A DNA stretch of 64,000 nt from Eledone cirrhosa (lineage: Eukaryota). The notes beneath the pieces were generated by a model, which saw only the letters and a program-made list of their open reading frames with translations, was not told the origin of the DNA and made no database searches. The stretch is taken from assembly GCA_964016885.1 (NCBI GenBank), contig OZ024742.1:20212001-20276000 (forward strand), written 5' to 3'. The position numbers and the translations under genes were made by a program. Each line of letters starts with the position of its first letter. Within the stretch, counting starts at the first letter, position 1. Below, one piece after another: positions 13,201 through 26,300 of this stretch.

Positions 13201-13524
13201 CGAAGTCTTTTTTTATATGCCGGTTGATATTTGATAATAACAGCTAAATTAATCACTACAAATGAATTGATCAAATTTGCACACACCCCCCCTCTCCTCA
13301 TTCAGAAATGTTTTCATTGCCCCATGGCATGGTATGTGTGGTATGGTCACGTAACTTCTGATAAAGTGGTAGGTGTGTCGTAGTGGCGTACGACATTTCG
13401 TGGCCATTTTTAAGTCTGGAGGAAGCTCATCTCTTTTCACCGTCTGAATATAACAGAATTCGTCCAGAGAATGTTAGAAAATAAGAAAGAGAGGAAGTGG
13501 AAGAGAAAGAGATATAGAGGGAGA

Positions 13525-13830
13525 ACTAAACCAGTACTAAACTGGTACTTTTTTTTTATCTACCTTGGATGGATGAAATGCAGAATTGACATTGACAGGA
13601 TTTGAGCTCCAAACGTACTGCATCAGAATAACTAAATAGTTATGATAATATGGTAGCATGATCTTGAGGGAGTCTTAGAGGCGCTGTATTAACATACGGT
13701 GTTTTGGGGAGCATTTTAAAATCTGGCAGAGCCCATCTCCTCCCATTTTTCTTTTGAGAGCAGAGAGCTGAAACGAATACCTCAAAGCATTCTATCTGAC
13801 GTTCTATCGACCCAGTTAATTTACTGCCTC
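13525..13830 (-). mobile_element. Degenerate SINE fragments
   Basis: actggtacttttttttatc...ggatgaaatgcagaattgac...ggatttgagctc and a head remnant at 13770-13829. Confidence 0.55.
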
Positions 13831-13837
13831 ATTATAG

Positions 13838-14022
13838 GGCGGTGGATTGGCAGTATCGGTAGAGGGTCGAACGCCATGCTTTGACGCATAGAGTTACGGC
13901 CCTTTCCATTCTGAGTTCAAATCCCGCCGAGGTCAATTTTGCCTTTCATCCTTACGGGGTCGATAAAATAAAGTACCAGTAATACACTGGGTAATTGCTG
14001 GCCTTGTGCCAAAAGTAGGAAC

Positions 14023-14027
<5 letters not shown>
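13838..14027 (+). mobile_element. Full-length ~190-bp tRNA-derived SINE
   Basis: A-box-like tggcagtatcggt, B-box gagttcaaatcc, 3' end acaatta joined to (TA)n; more than 10 relatives in the window. Confidence 0.9.
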
Positions 14028-14078
<51 letters not shown>

Positions 14079-14322
14079 GCCCGAAACGTCATTCCCCACC
14101 GCACTCTCAAGCGTGAATCCAATACCTAACACCTTTCGTAACTGTACTCCTTGTTGTTATTTACTTTTCCAATATATATATTTCGCTAAAAAGAAATGTT
14201 GGTTTGGTTTGGAGGATTATTTTGGACTAATTGCCTCGGTAGTCCCTTGGAGACCGGAGATATTCATGTCGTTAGTGTTCCCCATTAATAGGTGATTGCT
14301 GGTGACTTCAGGGGGAAAAAAG

Positions 14323-14575
14323 GCACATGTGGTTAGAATGTCTCAGGAAAGAATCGCTGGACAGATTTTACAGGCAAAACCAACCGGCAGGAGACCCAGG
14401 GGTAGACCCCGAGCAAGATGGTTGGATAACATCCATGAGCTTGGTTGGTCTCGCTTGGGGATGCAGCCAGATTAAACGGTTGCTTCTGACAGGACCCGCT
14501 GGAAGGGGTGTGTGAAGACTCGGCCCCTACGTCCCTCTCATGAATAAGTGGGCAAAGAAGAAGTAATAGTAGTAA

Positions 14576-14618
<43 letters not shown>
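14323..14618 (+). mobile_element. RTE-clade LINE 3' end with (GAA)/(GTA)n tail
   Basis: Translation from 14323: AHVVRMSQERIAGQILQAKPTGRRPRGRPRARWLDNI, a typical RTE C-terminus. Confidence 0.85.
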
Positions 14619-14760
14619 CACGGATAAAATCAGTTTAACCGAGATTGTTATATGTACAGATATAAATTTAATCTATCTATCTATCAATCTATCTCAACTC
14701 TCCTCTCTCTCTCACTCTCTACATATATGTACACACACAGAGACACACTCAGACACGCAG

Positions 14761-14802
<42 letters not shown>

Positions 14803-14806
<4 letters not shown>

Positions 14807-14962
14807 TTAACCGATATAAAAGACACAGAAGCGAAAACCAACCAAACAGTGAGTGTGTTCTGTTATTAATTCTGGCAATATTATTACACAAATATGACCC
14901 TCCCCAAGTATAACAATATTTGTTTCGACACACGATTTCATATAAAAAACCTCGCAAAACTA

Positions 14963-14963
<1 letters not shown>
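14803..14963 (+). mobile_element. Family A solo arm in (TA)n
   Basis: Near-identical to 757-913; inverted twin at 17218-17374. Confidence 0.85.
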
Positions 14964-15053
<90 letters not shown>

Positions 15054-15165
15054 TAAAAGGAATTCCAACTTTGTCTGATTTACTCGTTTTAATTACAATT
15101 CTTTAAAATGTATAATGGTATTATAATGAAATAGTATGGTAGAATATTAAATGTTAAGTGTTAAT

Positions 15166-15204
15166 TGAACAAGTACTTTCATGCTTTCGCAATCTTCAGG
15201 TTGA
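15166..15204 (-). ncRNA. Minimal hammerhead motif (mirror copy)
   Basis: Reverse complement reads tcaac-CTGAAGA-t tgc gaaa gca t-GAAA-gtac-TT-gttca. Confidence 0.6.
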
Positions 15205-15277
15205 AATTGTGTGGTGACAGTAAAGTTTGCAATTTTCAACAGTTGAAAATTGCAAACTTGACTGTCACCACATATTA

Positions 15278-15316
15278 TGAACCTGAAGATTGCGAAAGCA
15301 TGAAAGTACTTGTTCA
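15278..15316 (+). ncRNA. Minimal hammerhead motif
   Basis: tgaac-CTGAAGA-t tgc gaaa gca t-GAAA-gtac-TT-gttca; helix III is the palindrome AGTACT. Confidence 0.7.
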
Positions 15317-15428
15317 ATTAACACTTAACATTTAATATTCTACCATACTATTTCATTATAATACCATTATACATTTTAAAGAATTGTAATTAAAACGAGT
15401 AAATCAGACAAAGTTGGAATTCCTTTTA

Positions 15429-15494
<66 letters not shown>

Positions 15495-15606
15495 TTGAAA
15501 TAAAATGAAAACGAAATTTCATTTCTCACTCTTAGTTCGGCACTTACTTAAATGTAAGTATGTATGTATACGTACATACATATATGTATACAGACGTATA
15601 GTAGCA

Positions 15607-15669
<63 letters not shown>

Positions 15670-16169
15670 TGGCTGCCAACTCGTTTTCGAGTACGGCCAC
15701 TACTTTATATCCATGTAGGAGAACCCCTATCGAAGCGCTGAACGAGTGTGACTTTTTAGTCCAGCCAGCGACTTGAAAACTCTGGTACAAAGACTACACT
15801 TGTGACAATTATTGACACATAGTGCTGGGCCCATGGTACCATGTGAGGACAAGTGCAGAGAGATCTCCAGATATAAAGCAATGCCTGTGCCGTGAAGCTT
15901 TTATAGTGAGCAAAGGCACTGCACAAAGCCAGTCCCACTCTCTTAACCAAGATGATATTTACCAAAAAGAAGAACAAGTCAACATCATTGGATACCATCA
16001 GGGTTGCAGGTGTAGGCATCTCTAACAAAATACACCCCGTCCCCCCACCCCCACCCCATCCACACCACCCCGTTCTATGTAAAGTTATGTTGGTGCCGCG
16101 CCATCCAGGCCGAAACAAATGAGATCGTGTAGGTGTCATGACAAAAAACACACAGTCCACGCTGTAATG

Positions 16170-16366
16170 TGGCCGTGTAGGCAACACGGTAAAAACCTCC
16201 CAGACCCACACTGTAAATGTGGTTGGTGTTAGGAAGGGCATCCAACTGTAGAAAACCTGCCAGACAGTCCTATGCGAGCAAGACAATCACTCTTGCCTCA
16301 AGTGGGACTACGCCCGTCCAAACCCATGCAAGCGTGGAACACGGACGTTAAACGTTGATGATGATG
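16170..16366 (+). mobile_element. SINE/RTE-related 3' tail ending in (GAT)n
   Basis: gttggtgttaggaagggcatccaactgtagaaaac...ggacgttaaacgttgatgatgatg. Confidence 0.65.
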
Positions 16367-16389
16367 TGTGTGTATATATATATATATAT

Positions 16390-16603
16390 CCCAGTACAAC
16401 CTGTCTCATGGTCGGGTCGTTGGCGACTAAACTGGCAACCCCACCAAGGTTTCTTGGTGAGGAGGGTGACTTTGGACATCCTGCAGGACTAAAAACAAAA
16501 CCTGTCAAAGGGCAAAGGAGCTCTTAAGAGTCAATGGCCATCCAAAATCACCGGGAGAGATGACCCCTTAGCCTTTGTTAAGGCAGAATTCTAGGAGAAG
16601 GAA

Positions 16604-16610
<7 letters not shown>
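16390..16610 (+). mobile_element. RTE-type 5' UTR fragment between (TA)n tracts
   Basis: Ends in ctaggagaaggaaaactctga, a motif I recognise from RTE 5' regions. Confidence 0.45.
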
Positions 16611-16635
<25 letters not shown>

Positions 16636-16766
16636 CAGGTACACATACATACATGCACGTATCAGTTTAGCGGACGCTTATTATAACGCCGCTTTGTTCG
16701 TTTGTAAACAAACTGAACAGCCTGAATTTATGCCGTACGGTGTTAAGGCAACCACGTCACCTTTTT

Positions 16767-16853
16767 GTTCAACACTGACACAGGAACGATGTACTAGTTT
16801 AAAGCTTGTTAGCTATCATCAGCACCGTATACCCTTCTGCCAGATAGTTGAAC
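16767..16853 (-). ncRNA. Hammerhead motif with G12>U (probably inactive)
   Basis: Reverse complement of 16786-16828: acggtg-CTGATGA-t agct aaca agct t-TAAA-ctag-TA-catcgt. Outer helix gttcaac/gttgaac. Confidence 0.72.
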
Positions 16854-17067
16854 GTTCGAAAGTATATACTTTCCTTATGAAAATTAACGGCTGAGCAGCC
16901 TAATTTGCATATCGAGTGAGTTAAGTCGGTCAGGCATACCGAAAACGATAAGTTGAAATAAAATGAAAACGAAATTTCATTTCTCACTCTTAGTACGGCA
17001 CTTACTTAAATGTAAGTATGTATGTATACGTACATACATATATGTATACAGACGTATAGTAGCATGC

Positions 17068-17103
<36 letters not shown>

Positions 17104-17217
17104 ATACAGGTACACATACATACATGCACGTATCAGTTTAGCGGACGCTTATTATAACGCCGCTTTGTTCGTTTGTAAACAAACTGAACAGCCTGAATTT
17201 ATATATATATATATATA

Positions 17218-17374
17218 TTAGTTTTGCGAGGTTTTTGATATGAAATCGTGTGTCGAAACAAATATTGTTATACTTGGGGAGGGTCATATTTGTGTAATAA
17301 TATTGCCAGAATTAATAACAGAACACACTCACTGTTTGGTTGGTTTTCGCTTCTGTGTCTTTTATATCGGTTAA
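17218..17374 (-). mobile_element. Family A solo arm, inverted
   Basis: Reverse complement of 14803-14963 with the same endpoints. Confidence 0.85.
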
Positions 17375-17386
17375 TATAATATATAT

Positions 17387-20300
17387 ATGGCTATGTGGTA
17401 GAATGATTAGGTGGTAGGATGGCTAGGTGCTAGGATGGTTAGGTGGTATAATGTCTAGGTGGTAGAATGGTTAAGTGGTAGAATGGCAAGGTGGTAGAAT
17501 GGTTAGGTGGTAGAATAGTTTGGTAGTAGAATAGCTAGGTGCTAGGATGGTTAGGTGGTAGAATGGCTATGTGGTAGAACAGTTAGGTGGTAGAATGGCT
17601 AGGTGTTAGAATGGTCAAGAGGTAGAATGGCTAGGTGATAGAATGTATAGGCGGTAGAATGGCTAGGTGATATAATGGTTAAGTGGTAGATTGGTTAGGT
17701 TGTAGAATGGCTAGGTTATAGAACGGTTAAGTGGTAGAAAGGCTAGGTCGTAGAATGGCTAGGTAGTAGAATGGCTAAGTGGTAGAATGATTAGGTGGTA
17801 GAATGGTGGTAGAATGGATAGCTGGTAGAATGGTTACGTAGTAGAATGGTTAAGTGGTCGAATGGTTATGTGGTAGAATGGCTAGGTGGTAGAATTTATA
17901 GATGGAAGAATGCCAAGGCGTTAGAATGGTTAAGTGGTAGAATGGTTAGGTGGTAGAATGGTTAGGTGGTAGAATGGTTAAGTGGGAAAATGGTTAGGTG
18001 GTAGAATGGGTAGGTGGTAGAATGAGTAAGAGGTAGAATGGCTAGGTGATATAATGACTAGGTGATAGAATGGTTAAGTGGTAGAATGGCTAGGTGATAG
18101 AATGGTTAGGTGATAGAATGACTAGGTGATAGAATGGTTAAGTGGTAGATTGGTTAGGCGGTAGAATGGCTAGGTGGTAGAATGGCTAGATGCTAGAATG
18201 GTTAGGTGTTAGAATGGCTAAGGGGTAGAATGATTAGGTGGTAGAATAGCAAGGGGGTAGGATGGTTAAGAGGTAGAATAGCTAGGTGATAGAATGGTTA
18301 AGTGGTAGACTGGTTAGTTGATAGAATGGTTAGGTGGTAGAATGACTAGGTGATAGAATGGCTAAGTGGTAGAATGGTTAGGTGGAAGAATGACTAGGTG
18401 ATAGAATGACTAAGTGGAGGAATGGTTAGGTGATAGTATGGTTAAGCGGTAGAATGGTTAGGTGGTAGAATGGTTAGGTGGTAGAATGTCTAGGTGGTAG
18501 AATGGTTAGGTGGTAGAATGGCTAGGTGGTAGAATGGTTAAGAGGTAGAATGGCTAGGTGATCGAATGGCTAGGTGATAGAATGGTTAGGCGGTAGAATG
18601 GCTAGGTGGTAGAATGGCTAGGTGATAGAATGGTTAAGTGGTAGAATGGTTAGGTCGTAGAATGGCTAGGTGGTAGAATGGCTAGGTGGTAGAATGGCTA
18701 GGTGATAGAATGGTGAAGTGGTAGAATAGTTAGGTGGAAGAATGGTTAGGTCGTAGAATGGTTACGTCGTAGAATGGCTAGGTAGTAGAATGGCTAAGTG
18801 GTAGAATGGTTAGGTGGTAGAATGGTTAGGTGGAAGAATGGCTAAGTGGTAGTATGGTTAGGTGGTCGTATGGTTAGGTGGTAGAATGGCTAGGTGCTAG
18901 AATTGTTCCGTCGTAGAATAGCTAGGTGGGAGAATGGTTAGGTGGTAGAATGGCAATATGTTAGAATAACTATATGGTAGAATGGCTAGGTGGTAGAATG
19001 GTTAAATGGCAGAATAGCTAAGTGGTAGAATGGCTAGGTGGTAGAATGGTTAGGTGGTAGAATGGTTAGGTGGTAGAATGGCTAGGTGCTAGAATTGTTA
19101 CGTCGTAGAATGGCTAGGTGTTAGAATGGCTAGGTAGTAGAATAGCTAGGTGCTAGAATTGTTACGTCATAGAATGGCTAGGTGGTTGAATGGTTAGGTG
19201 GTAGAATGGCGTGGTAGGATGGTTAAGAGGTAGAATAGCTAGGTGATGGAATGGTTAAATGGTAGAATGGTTAGTTGATAGAATGGTAAGGTGGTTGAAA
19301 GATTAGGTGATAGAATGGCTAAGTGGTAGAATGGTTAAGTGATAGAATGGTTAGGATGTAGAATGCCTAGGTGGTAGAATGTTTTGGTGATAGAATGGCT
19401 ATGTGGTAGAATGGTTAGGTAGTAGAATGGTTAGGTGGAAGAATGGCTAGGTGATAGAATGGTTAGGTGGTAGAATGGCTAGAGCGTAGAATGGCAAGAT
19501 GTTTCAATGGCTAAATGTTAGAATGGCTGAGTGGTAGAATGGTTAAGCGGTAGAATATCTAGGTGGTAGAATGGTTAGGTGGTAGAATGGCTAGGTGGTA
19601 GAATGGTTAGCTGGAAGAACGGCTAGGTGGTAGAATGGTTAGGTGGTTGAATGGTTAAGCGGTAGAATATCTAGGTGGATGAACGGCTAGGTAGTAGAAT
19701 GGTTAGGTGATAGAATGGCTAGGTGGTAGAATGGCTAGCTGGTACAATGGTTAAGAGGTAGAATGGCTAGGTGATAGAATGGCTAGGTAATAGAATGGTT
19801 AGGTGGTAGAATGGTTAGTTGGAAGAATGGCAAGGTTTTAGAATAACTATAGGGTAGAATTGCTAAGTGGTACAATGGTGGTAGAATGGCTAGGTGATAG
19901 AATGGTTAGGCGGTAGAATGGCTAGGTGGTAGAATGGCTAGGTGATAGAATGGTTAAGTGGTAGAATGGTTAGGTCGTATAATGGCTAGATGGTAGAATG
20001 GCTAGGTGCTAGAATTGTTCCGTCGTAGAATGGCTAGGTGGTAGAATGGTTAGCTGGTAGAATGGCTGGGTGGTAGAATGGCTAGGTGGTAGAATGGTTA
20101 AATGACAGAATGGCTAGGTGGTAGAATGGCTAGGTGGTAGAATGTTTAGGTGATAAAATGGTTAGGTGGTAGAATGGCAAGGTGGAAGGATGGTTAAGTG
20201 GTAGAATGGCTAGGTGGTAGAATGGTAGCTGATAGAATATTTAAGTGGTAGAATGGTTAGTTGATAGAATGGTTAGGTGGTAGAATGACTAGGTGATAGA

Positions 20301-23300
20301 ATGGCTAAGTGGTAGAATGGTTAAGTGATAGAATGGTTTGGTGGTAGAATGGTTAGGTGGAAGAATGGTTAGGTGATAGAATGGCTAGGTCGTAGAATGG
20401 CTATGTGGTAGAATGGTTAGGTGGTAGAATGGTTAGGTGGAATAATGGCTAGGTGGTAGCATGATTAGGTGGTAGAATGGCTAGGTGGTAAAATGGCTAG
20501 GTGGTAGAATGGTTAGGTGGTGGAATGGTTAAGAGGTAGAATGGCTAGATGATAGAATGGTTAGGCGGTAGACTGGCTAGGTGGTAGAATGGCTAGGTGA
20601 TAGAATGGCTAAGTGGTAGAATGGCAAGTTGTTAGAATGGCTAAATGGTAGAATGGCTGAGTGGTAGAATGATGGTAGAATAGTTAGGTGGTAGAATGGC
20701 TAGGTGGTAGAATGGTTAAGTGGTAGAGTGGCTAGGTGGTAGAATGGGTAGCTGGTAGAATGGCTAGGTGATAGAATGGTTAAGTGCTAGAAAGGCTAGG
20801 TGGTAGAATGGCTAGGTGGTAGAATGGTTACCTAATAGAATGGTTAGGTGGTAGAATGGTTAAATGGTAGAATGGTTTAGGTGGTTGAATGGTTTAGGTG
20901 GTAGAATAGTTAGGTGGTAGAATGGCTAAGTGGTAGAATGACTAGGTGATAGAATGGCTAAGTGTTAGAATGGTTAGGTGATAGGATGGTTAAGCGGTAG
21001 AATGGCTAGGTAGTAGAATGGCTATGTGCTAGAATGGTTAGGTGGTAGATTGGCTAGTTGGTAGAATGATTAGGTGGTAGAATGGTAAGGTGGTAGGATG
21101 GTTAAGAGGTAGAATGGCTAGGTGATAGAATGGTTAAGTGGTAGAATGGTAATTTGATAGAATGGTTAGGTGGTAGAATGACTAGGTGATAGAATGGCTA
21201 AGTGGTAGAATGGTTAGGTGATAGTATGTTTAAGCTGTAGAATATCTAGGTGGTAGAATGGTTTGGTGGTAGAATCGCAACGTGGTAGGATGGTTAGGTG
21301 GTAGAATATTTAGGTGGAATAATGGCTAGGTGGTAGAATGGTTAGGTGGTAGAATGGTTAGGTGGTAGAATGGCTAGGTGCTAGAATGGTTAGGTGGTAG
21401 AATGGCTAGGTGTTAGAATTGTTACGTTGTAGAATGGCTAGGTGGTAGAATGGCTAGGTGGTAGAATGGTTAGGTGGTAGAATGGCAAGCTGGTAGGATG
21501 GTTAGGTGGTAGAATGGCTAGGTGGTAGAATGGTTAGGTGGTAGAATGGCTAGGTGGTAGAATGGTTAGGTGGAAGAACGGCTAGGTGGTAGAATGGTTA
21601 GGTGGTAGAATGGTTAAGCGGTAGAATATGGTTAGGTGGTAGAATGGCTAGGTGGTAGAATGGCTAGGTGGTAGAATGGCTAGGTGGTAGAATGGTTAGG
21701 TGGTAGAATGACTAGATGGTAGAATGGCTAAATGGTAGAATTGCTAAGTGGTAGAATGATGGTAGAATGGTTAGGTAGTAGAATGGCTAGGTGGTAGAAT
21801 GCTTAAATGGTAGAATGGCTGAGTGGTAGAATGATGGTAGAATAGTTAGGTGGTAGAATGGCTAGGTGGTAGAATGGTTAAGTGGTAGAATGGCTAGGTG
21901 GTAGAATGATTAGGTGGTAGAATGGCAAGGTGATAGGATGGTTAGGCGGCAGAATGGTTAGGTGGAATAATGGCTAGGTGGTAGAATAGTTAGGTGGTAG
22001 AATGGCTAGATCGTAGAATGGCTAGGTGGTAGAATGTTTAGGTGGTAGAATGACTAGGTGATAGAATGGCCATGTGGTAGAATGGTTAGGTGATAGAATG
22101 GTTAGGCTGTAGCATGGCTAGGTGGTAGAATGGTTAGGTGGTAGATTGGTTAGGTGGAATAATGGCTAGGTGGTAAAATGGTTAGGTGGTAGAATGGCTA
22201 GGTGGTAGAATGGCTATGTGGTAGAATGTTTAGGGGGTAGAATGGCTAGGTGGTAGAATATTTCGGTGGTAGAATGGTTAAGAGGTAGAATGGCTAGGTG
22301 ATAGAATGGCTAGGTGGTAGAATGGCTAGGTGCTAGAATGGATAAGTGGTAGAATGGTTAGGTCGTAGAATGGCTAGGTGGTAGAATGGCAAGATGTTAG
22401 AATGGCTAAATGGTAGAATGGCTAAGTGGTAGAATGGTGGTAAAATTGCTAGGTGATAGAATGGCTAAGTGGTAGAATGGTTAGGCGGTAGAATGGTTAG
22501 GCGGTAGAATGGTTACGTGGAAGAATGGCTAAGTGTTATAATGGCAAGATGTTAGAATAACTATATGGTAGATTGGCTAAGCGGTAGAATGGTGGTGAAA
22601 TGGCTAGGTGATAGAATGGCTAAGTGGTAGAATGGTTAGGTGATAGAATGGTTAGGCGGTAGAATGGTTAGGTGGAATAATGGCTAGGTGGTAGAATGGT
22701 TAGGTGGTAGAATGGCTAGGTGGTCGAATGGCTAGGTGGTAGAGAGGTCAAATGGCAGAATGGCTAAGTGGTAGAATGGTTAGGTGGTAGAATGGTTAGG
22801 TGGTATAATGGTTAGGTGGTAGAATGGCTAGGTGCTAGAATTGTTTCGTCGTAGAATGGCTAGGTGGTAGAATGGTTAGGTGGTAGGATGGCTTGGTGGT
22901 AGAATAGCTAGGTGCTAGAATTGTTACGTCGTAGAATGGCTAAGTGGTAGAATGGATAGCTGGTAGAATGGCTATGTGGTAGAATGGTTAGGTGGTAGAA
23001 TGGCTAGATGGTAGAATGGCTAGGTGGTAGAATGTTTAGGTGGTAGAACGTAGGTGATAGAATGGCTATGTGGTAGAATGGTTAGGTGATAGAATGGTTA
23101 GGCTGTAGCATGGCTAGGTGGTAGAATGGTTAGGTGGTAGATTGGTTAGATGGAATAATGGCTATGTGGTAGAATGGCTAGGTGGTAGAATGGCTATGTG
23201 GTAGAATTTTTAGGGTGTAGAATGGCTAGGTGGTAGAATGTTTAGGTGGTAGAATGGTTAAGAGGTAGAATGGCTAGGTGATAGAATGGCTAGGTGGTAG

Positions 23301-26300
23301 AATGGCTAGGTGATAGAATGGTTAAGTGGTAGAATGGTTAGGTCGTAGAATGGCTAGGTGGTAGAATGGCAAGATGTTAGAATGGCTAAATGGTAGAATG
23401 GCTAAGTGGTAGAATGGTGGTAAAATTGCTAGGTGATAGAATGGCTAAGTGGTAGAATGGTTAGGCGGTAGAATGGTTAGGCGGTAGAATGGTTACGTGG
23501 AAGAATGGCTAAGTGTTATAATGGCAAGATGTTAGAATAACTATATGGTAGATTGGCTAAGCGGTAGAATGGTGGTGAAATGGCTAGGTGATAGAATGGC
23601 TAAGTGGTAGAATGGTTAGGTGATAGAATGGTTAGGCGGTAGAATGGTTAGGTGGAATAATGGCTAGGTGGTAGAATGGTTAGGTGGTAGAATGGCTAGG
23701 TGGTCGAATGGCTAGGTGGTAGAGAGGTCAAATGGCAGAATGGCTAAGTGGTAGAATGGTTAGGTGGTAGAATGGTTAGGTGGTATAATGGTTAGGTGGT
23801 AGAATGGCTAGGTGCTAGAATTGTTTCGTCGTAGAATGGCTAGGTGGTAGAATGGTTAGGTGGTAGGATGGCTTGGTGGTAGAATAGCTAGGTGCTAGAA
23901 TTGTTACGTCGTAGAATGGCTAAGTGGTAGAATGGATAGCTGGTAGAATGGCTATGTGGTAGAATGGTTAGGTGGTAGAATGGCTAGATGGTAGAATGGC
24001 TAGGTGGTAGAATGTTTAGGTGGTAGAACGTAGGTGATAGAATGGCTATGTGGTAGAATGGTTAGGTGATAGAATGGTTAGGCTGTAGCATGGCTAGGTG
24101 GTAGAATGGTTAGGTGGTAGATTGGTTAGATGGAATAATGGCTATGTGGTAGAATGGCTAGGTGGTAGAATGGCTATGTGGTAGAATTTTTAGGGTGTAG
24201 AATGGCTAGGTGGTAGAATGTTTAGGTGGTAGAATGGTTAAGAGGTAGAATGGCTAGGTGATAGAATGGCTAGGTGGTAGAATGGCTAGGTGATAGAATG
24301 GTTAAGTGGTAGAATGGTTAGGTCGTAGAATGGCTAGGTGGTAGAATGGCAAGATGTTAGAATGGCTAAATGGTAGAATGGCTAAGTGGTAGAATGGTGG
24401 TAAAATTGCTAGGTGATAGAATGGCTAAGTGGTAGAATGGTTAGGCGGTAGAATGGTTAGGCGGTAGAATGGTTACGTGGAAGAATGGCTAAGTGTTATA
24501 ATGGCAAGATGTTAGAATAACTATATGGTAGATTGGCTAAGCGGTAGAATGGTGGTGAAATGGCTAGGTGATAGAATGGCTAAGTGGTAGAATGGTTAGG
24601 TGATAGAATGGTTAGGCGGTAGAATGGTTAGGTGGAATAATGGCTAGGTGGTAGAATGGTTAGGTGGTAGAATGGCTAGGTGGTCGAATGGCTAGGTGGT
24701 AGAATGGTCAAATGGCAGAATGGCTAAGTGGTAGAATGGTTAGGTGGTAGAATGGTTAGGTGGTATAATGGTTAGGTGGTAGAATGGCTAGGTGATAGAA
24801 TGGCTAGGTGGTAGAATGGCTAGGTGATAGAATGGTTAAGTGGTAGAATGGTTAGGTCGTAGAATGGCTAGGTGGTAGAATAGCAAGATGTTAGAATTGC
24901 TAAATGGTAGCATGGCTAAGTGGTAGAATGGTGGTAAAATTGCTAGGTGATAGAATGGCTAAGTGGTAGAATGGTTAGGTGGTAGAATGGTTAGGTCGTA
25001 GAATAGCTAGGTAGTAGAATGGCTAAGTGAAAGAATGGTTAGGCGGGAGAATGGTTAGGCGGTAGAATGGTTACGTGGAAGAATGGCTAAGTGGTAGAAT
25101 GGCAAGATGTTAGAATAACTATATGGTAGATTGGCTTAGCGGTAGAATGGTGGTAAAATGGCTAGGTCATAGAATGGCTAAGTGGTAGAATGGTGGTAAA
25201 ATTGCTAGGTGATAGAATGGCTAAGTGGTAGAATGGTTAGGTGGTAGAATGGTTAGGTCGTAGAATAGCTAGGTAGTAGAATGGCTAAGTGAAAGAATGG
25301 TTAGGCGGGAGAATGGTTAGGCGGTAGAATGGTTACGTGGAAGAATGGCTAAGTGGTAGAATGGCAAGATGTTAGAATAACTATATGGTAGATTGGCTTA
25401 GCGGTAGAATGGTGGTAAAATGGCTAGGTCATAGAATGGCTAAGTGGTAGAATGGTTAGGTGATAGAATGGTTAGGCGGTAGAATGGCTAGGTGGTAGAA
25501 TGGTTAGGTGGTAGAATGGTTAGGTGGAATAATGGCTAGGTGTTAGAATGGTTAGGTGGTAGAATGGCTAGGTGGTCGAATGGCTAGGTGGTAGAATGGT
25601 CAAATGGCAGAATGGCTAAGTGGTAGAATGGCTAGGTAGTAGAATAGCTAGGTGCTAGAATTGTTACGTCATAGAATGGCTAGGTGGTTGAATGGTTAGG
25701 TGGTAGAATGGCGTGGTAGGATGGTTAAGAGGTAGAATAGCTAGGTGATGGAATGGTTAAATGGTAGAATGGTTAGTTGATAGAATGGTAAGGTGGTTGA
25801 AAGATTAGGTGATAGAATGGCTAAGTGGTAGAATGGTTAAGTGATAGAATGGTTAGGATGTAGAATGCCTAGGTGGTAGAATGTTTTGGTGATAGAATGG
25901 CTATGTGGTAGAATGGTTAGGTAGTAGAATGGTTAGGTGGAAGAATGGCTAGGTGATAGAATGGTTAGGTGGTAGAATGGCTAGAGCGTAGAATGGCAAG
26001 ATGTTTCAATGGCTAAATGTTAGAATGGCTGAGTGGTAGAATGGTTAAGCGGTAGAATATCTAGGTGGTAGAATGGTTAGGTGGTAGAATGGCTAGGTGG
26101 TAGAATGGTTAGCTGGAAGAACGGCTAGGTGGTAGAATGGTTAGGTGGTTGAATGGTTAAGCGGTAGAATATCTAGGTGGATGAACGGCTAGGTAGTAGA
26201 ATGGTTAGGTGATAGAATGGCTAGGTGGTAGAATGGCTAGCTGGTACAATGGTTAAGAGGTAGAATGGCTAGGTGATAGAATGGCTAGGTAATAGAATGG

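Larger units (their letters stand above)
15051..15431. mobile_element. Near-perfect 381-bp palindrome in (TA)n with one HHR per arm
   Basis: 190-bp arms centred on 15241; (TA)n on both sides. Confidence 0.92.
15491..17200 (-). mobile_element. Partial tandem (retrozyme-like) unit, 471-bp period, interrupted by a ~0.95-kb insertion in its internal (TA)n
   Basis: 15491-15610 matches 16949-17068 and 16636-16730 matches 17107-17200. The unit is homologous to 6975-7200. Confidence 0.8.
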
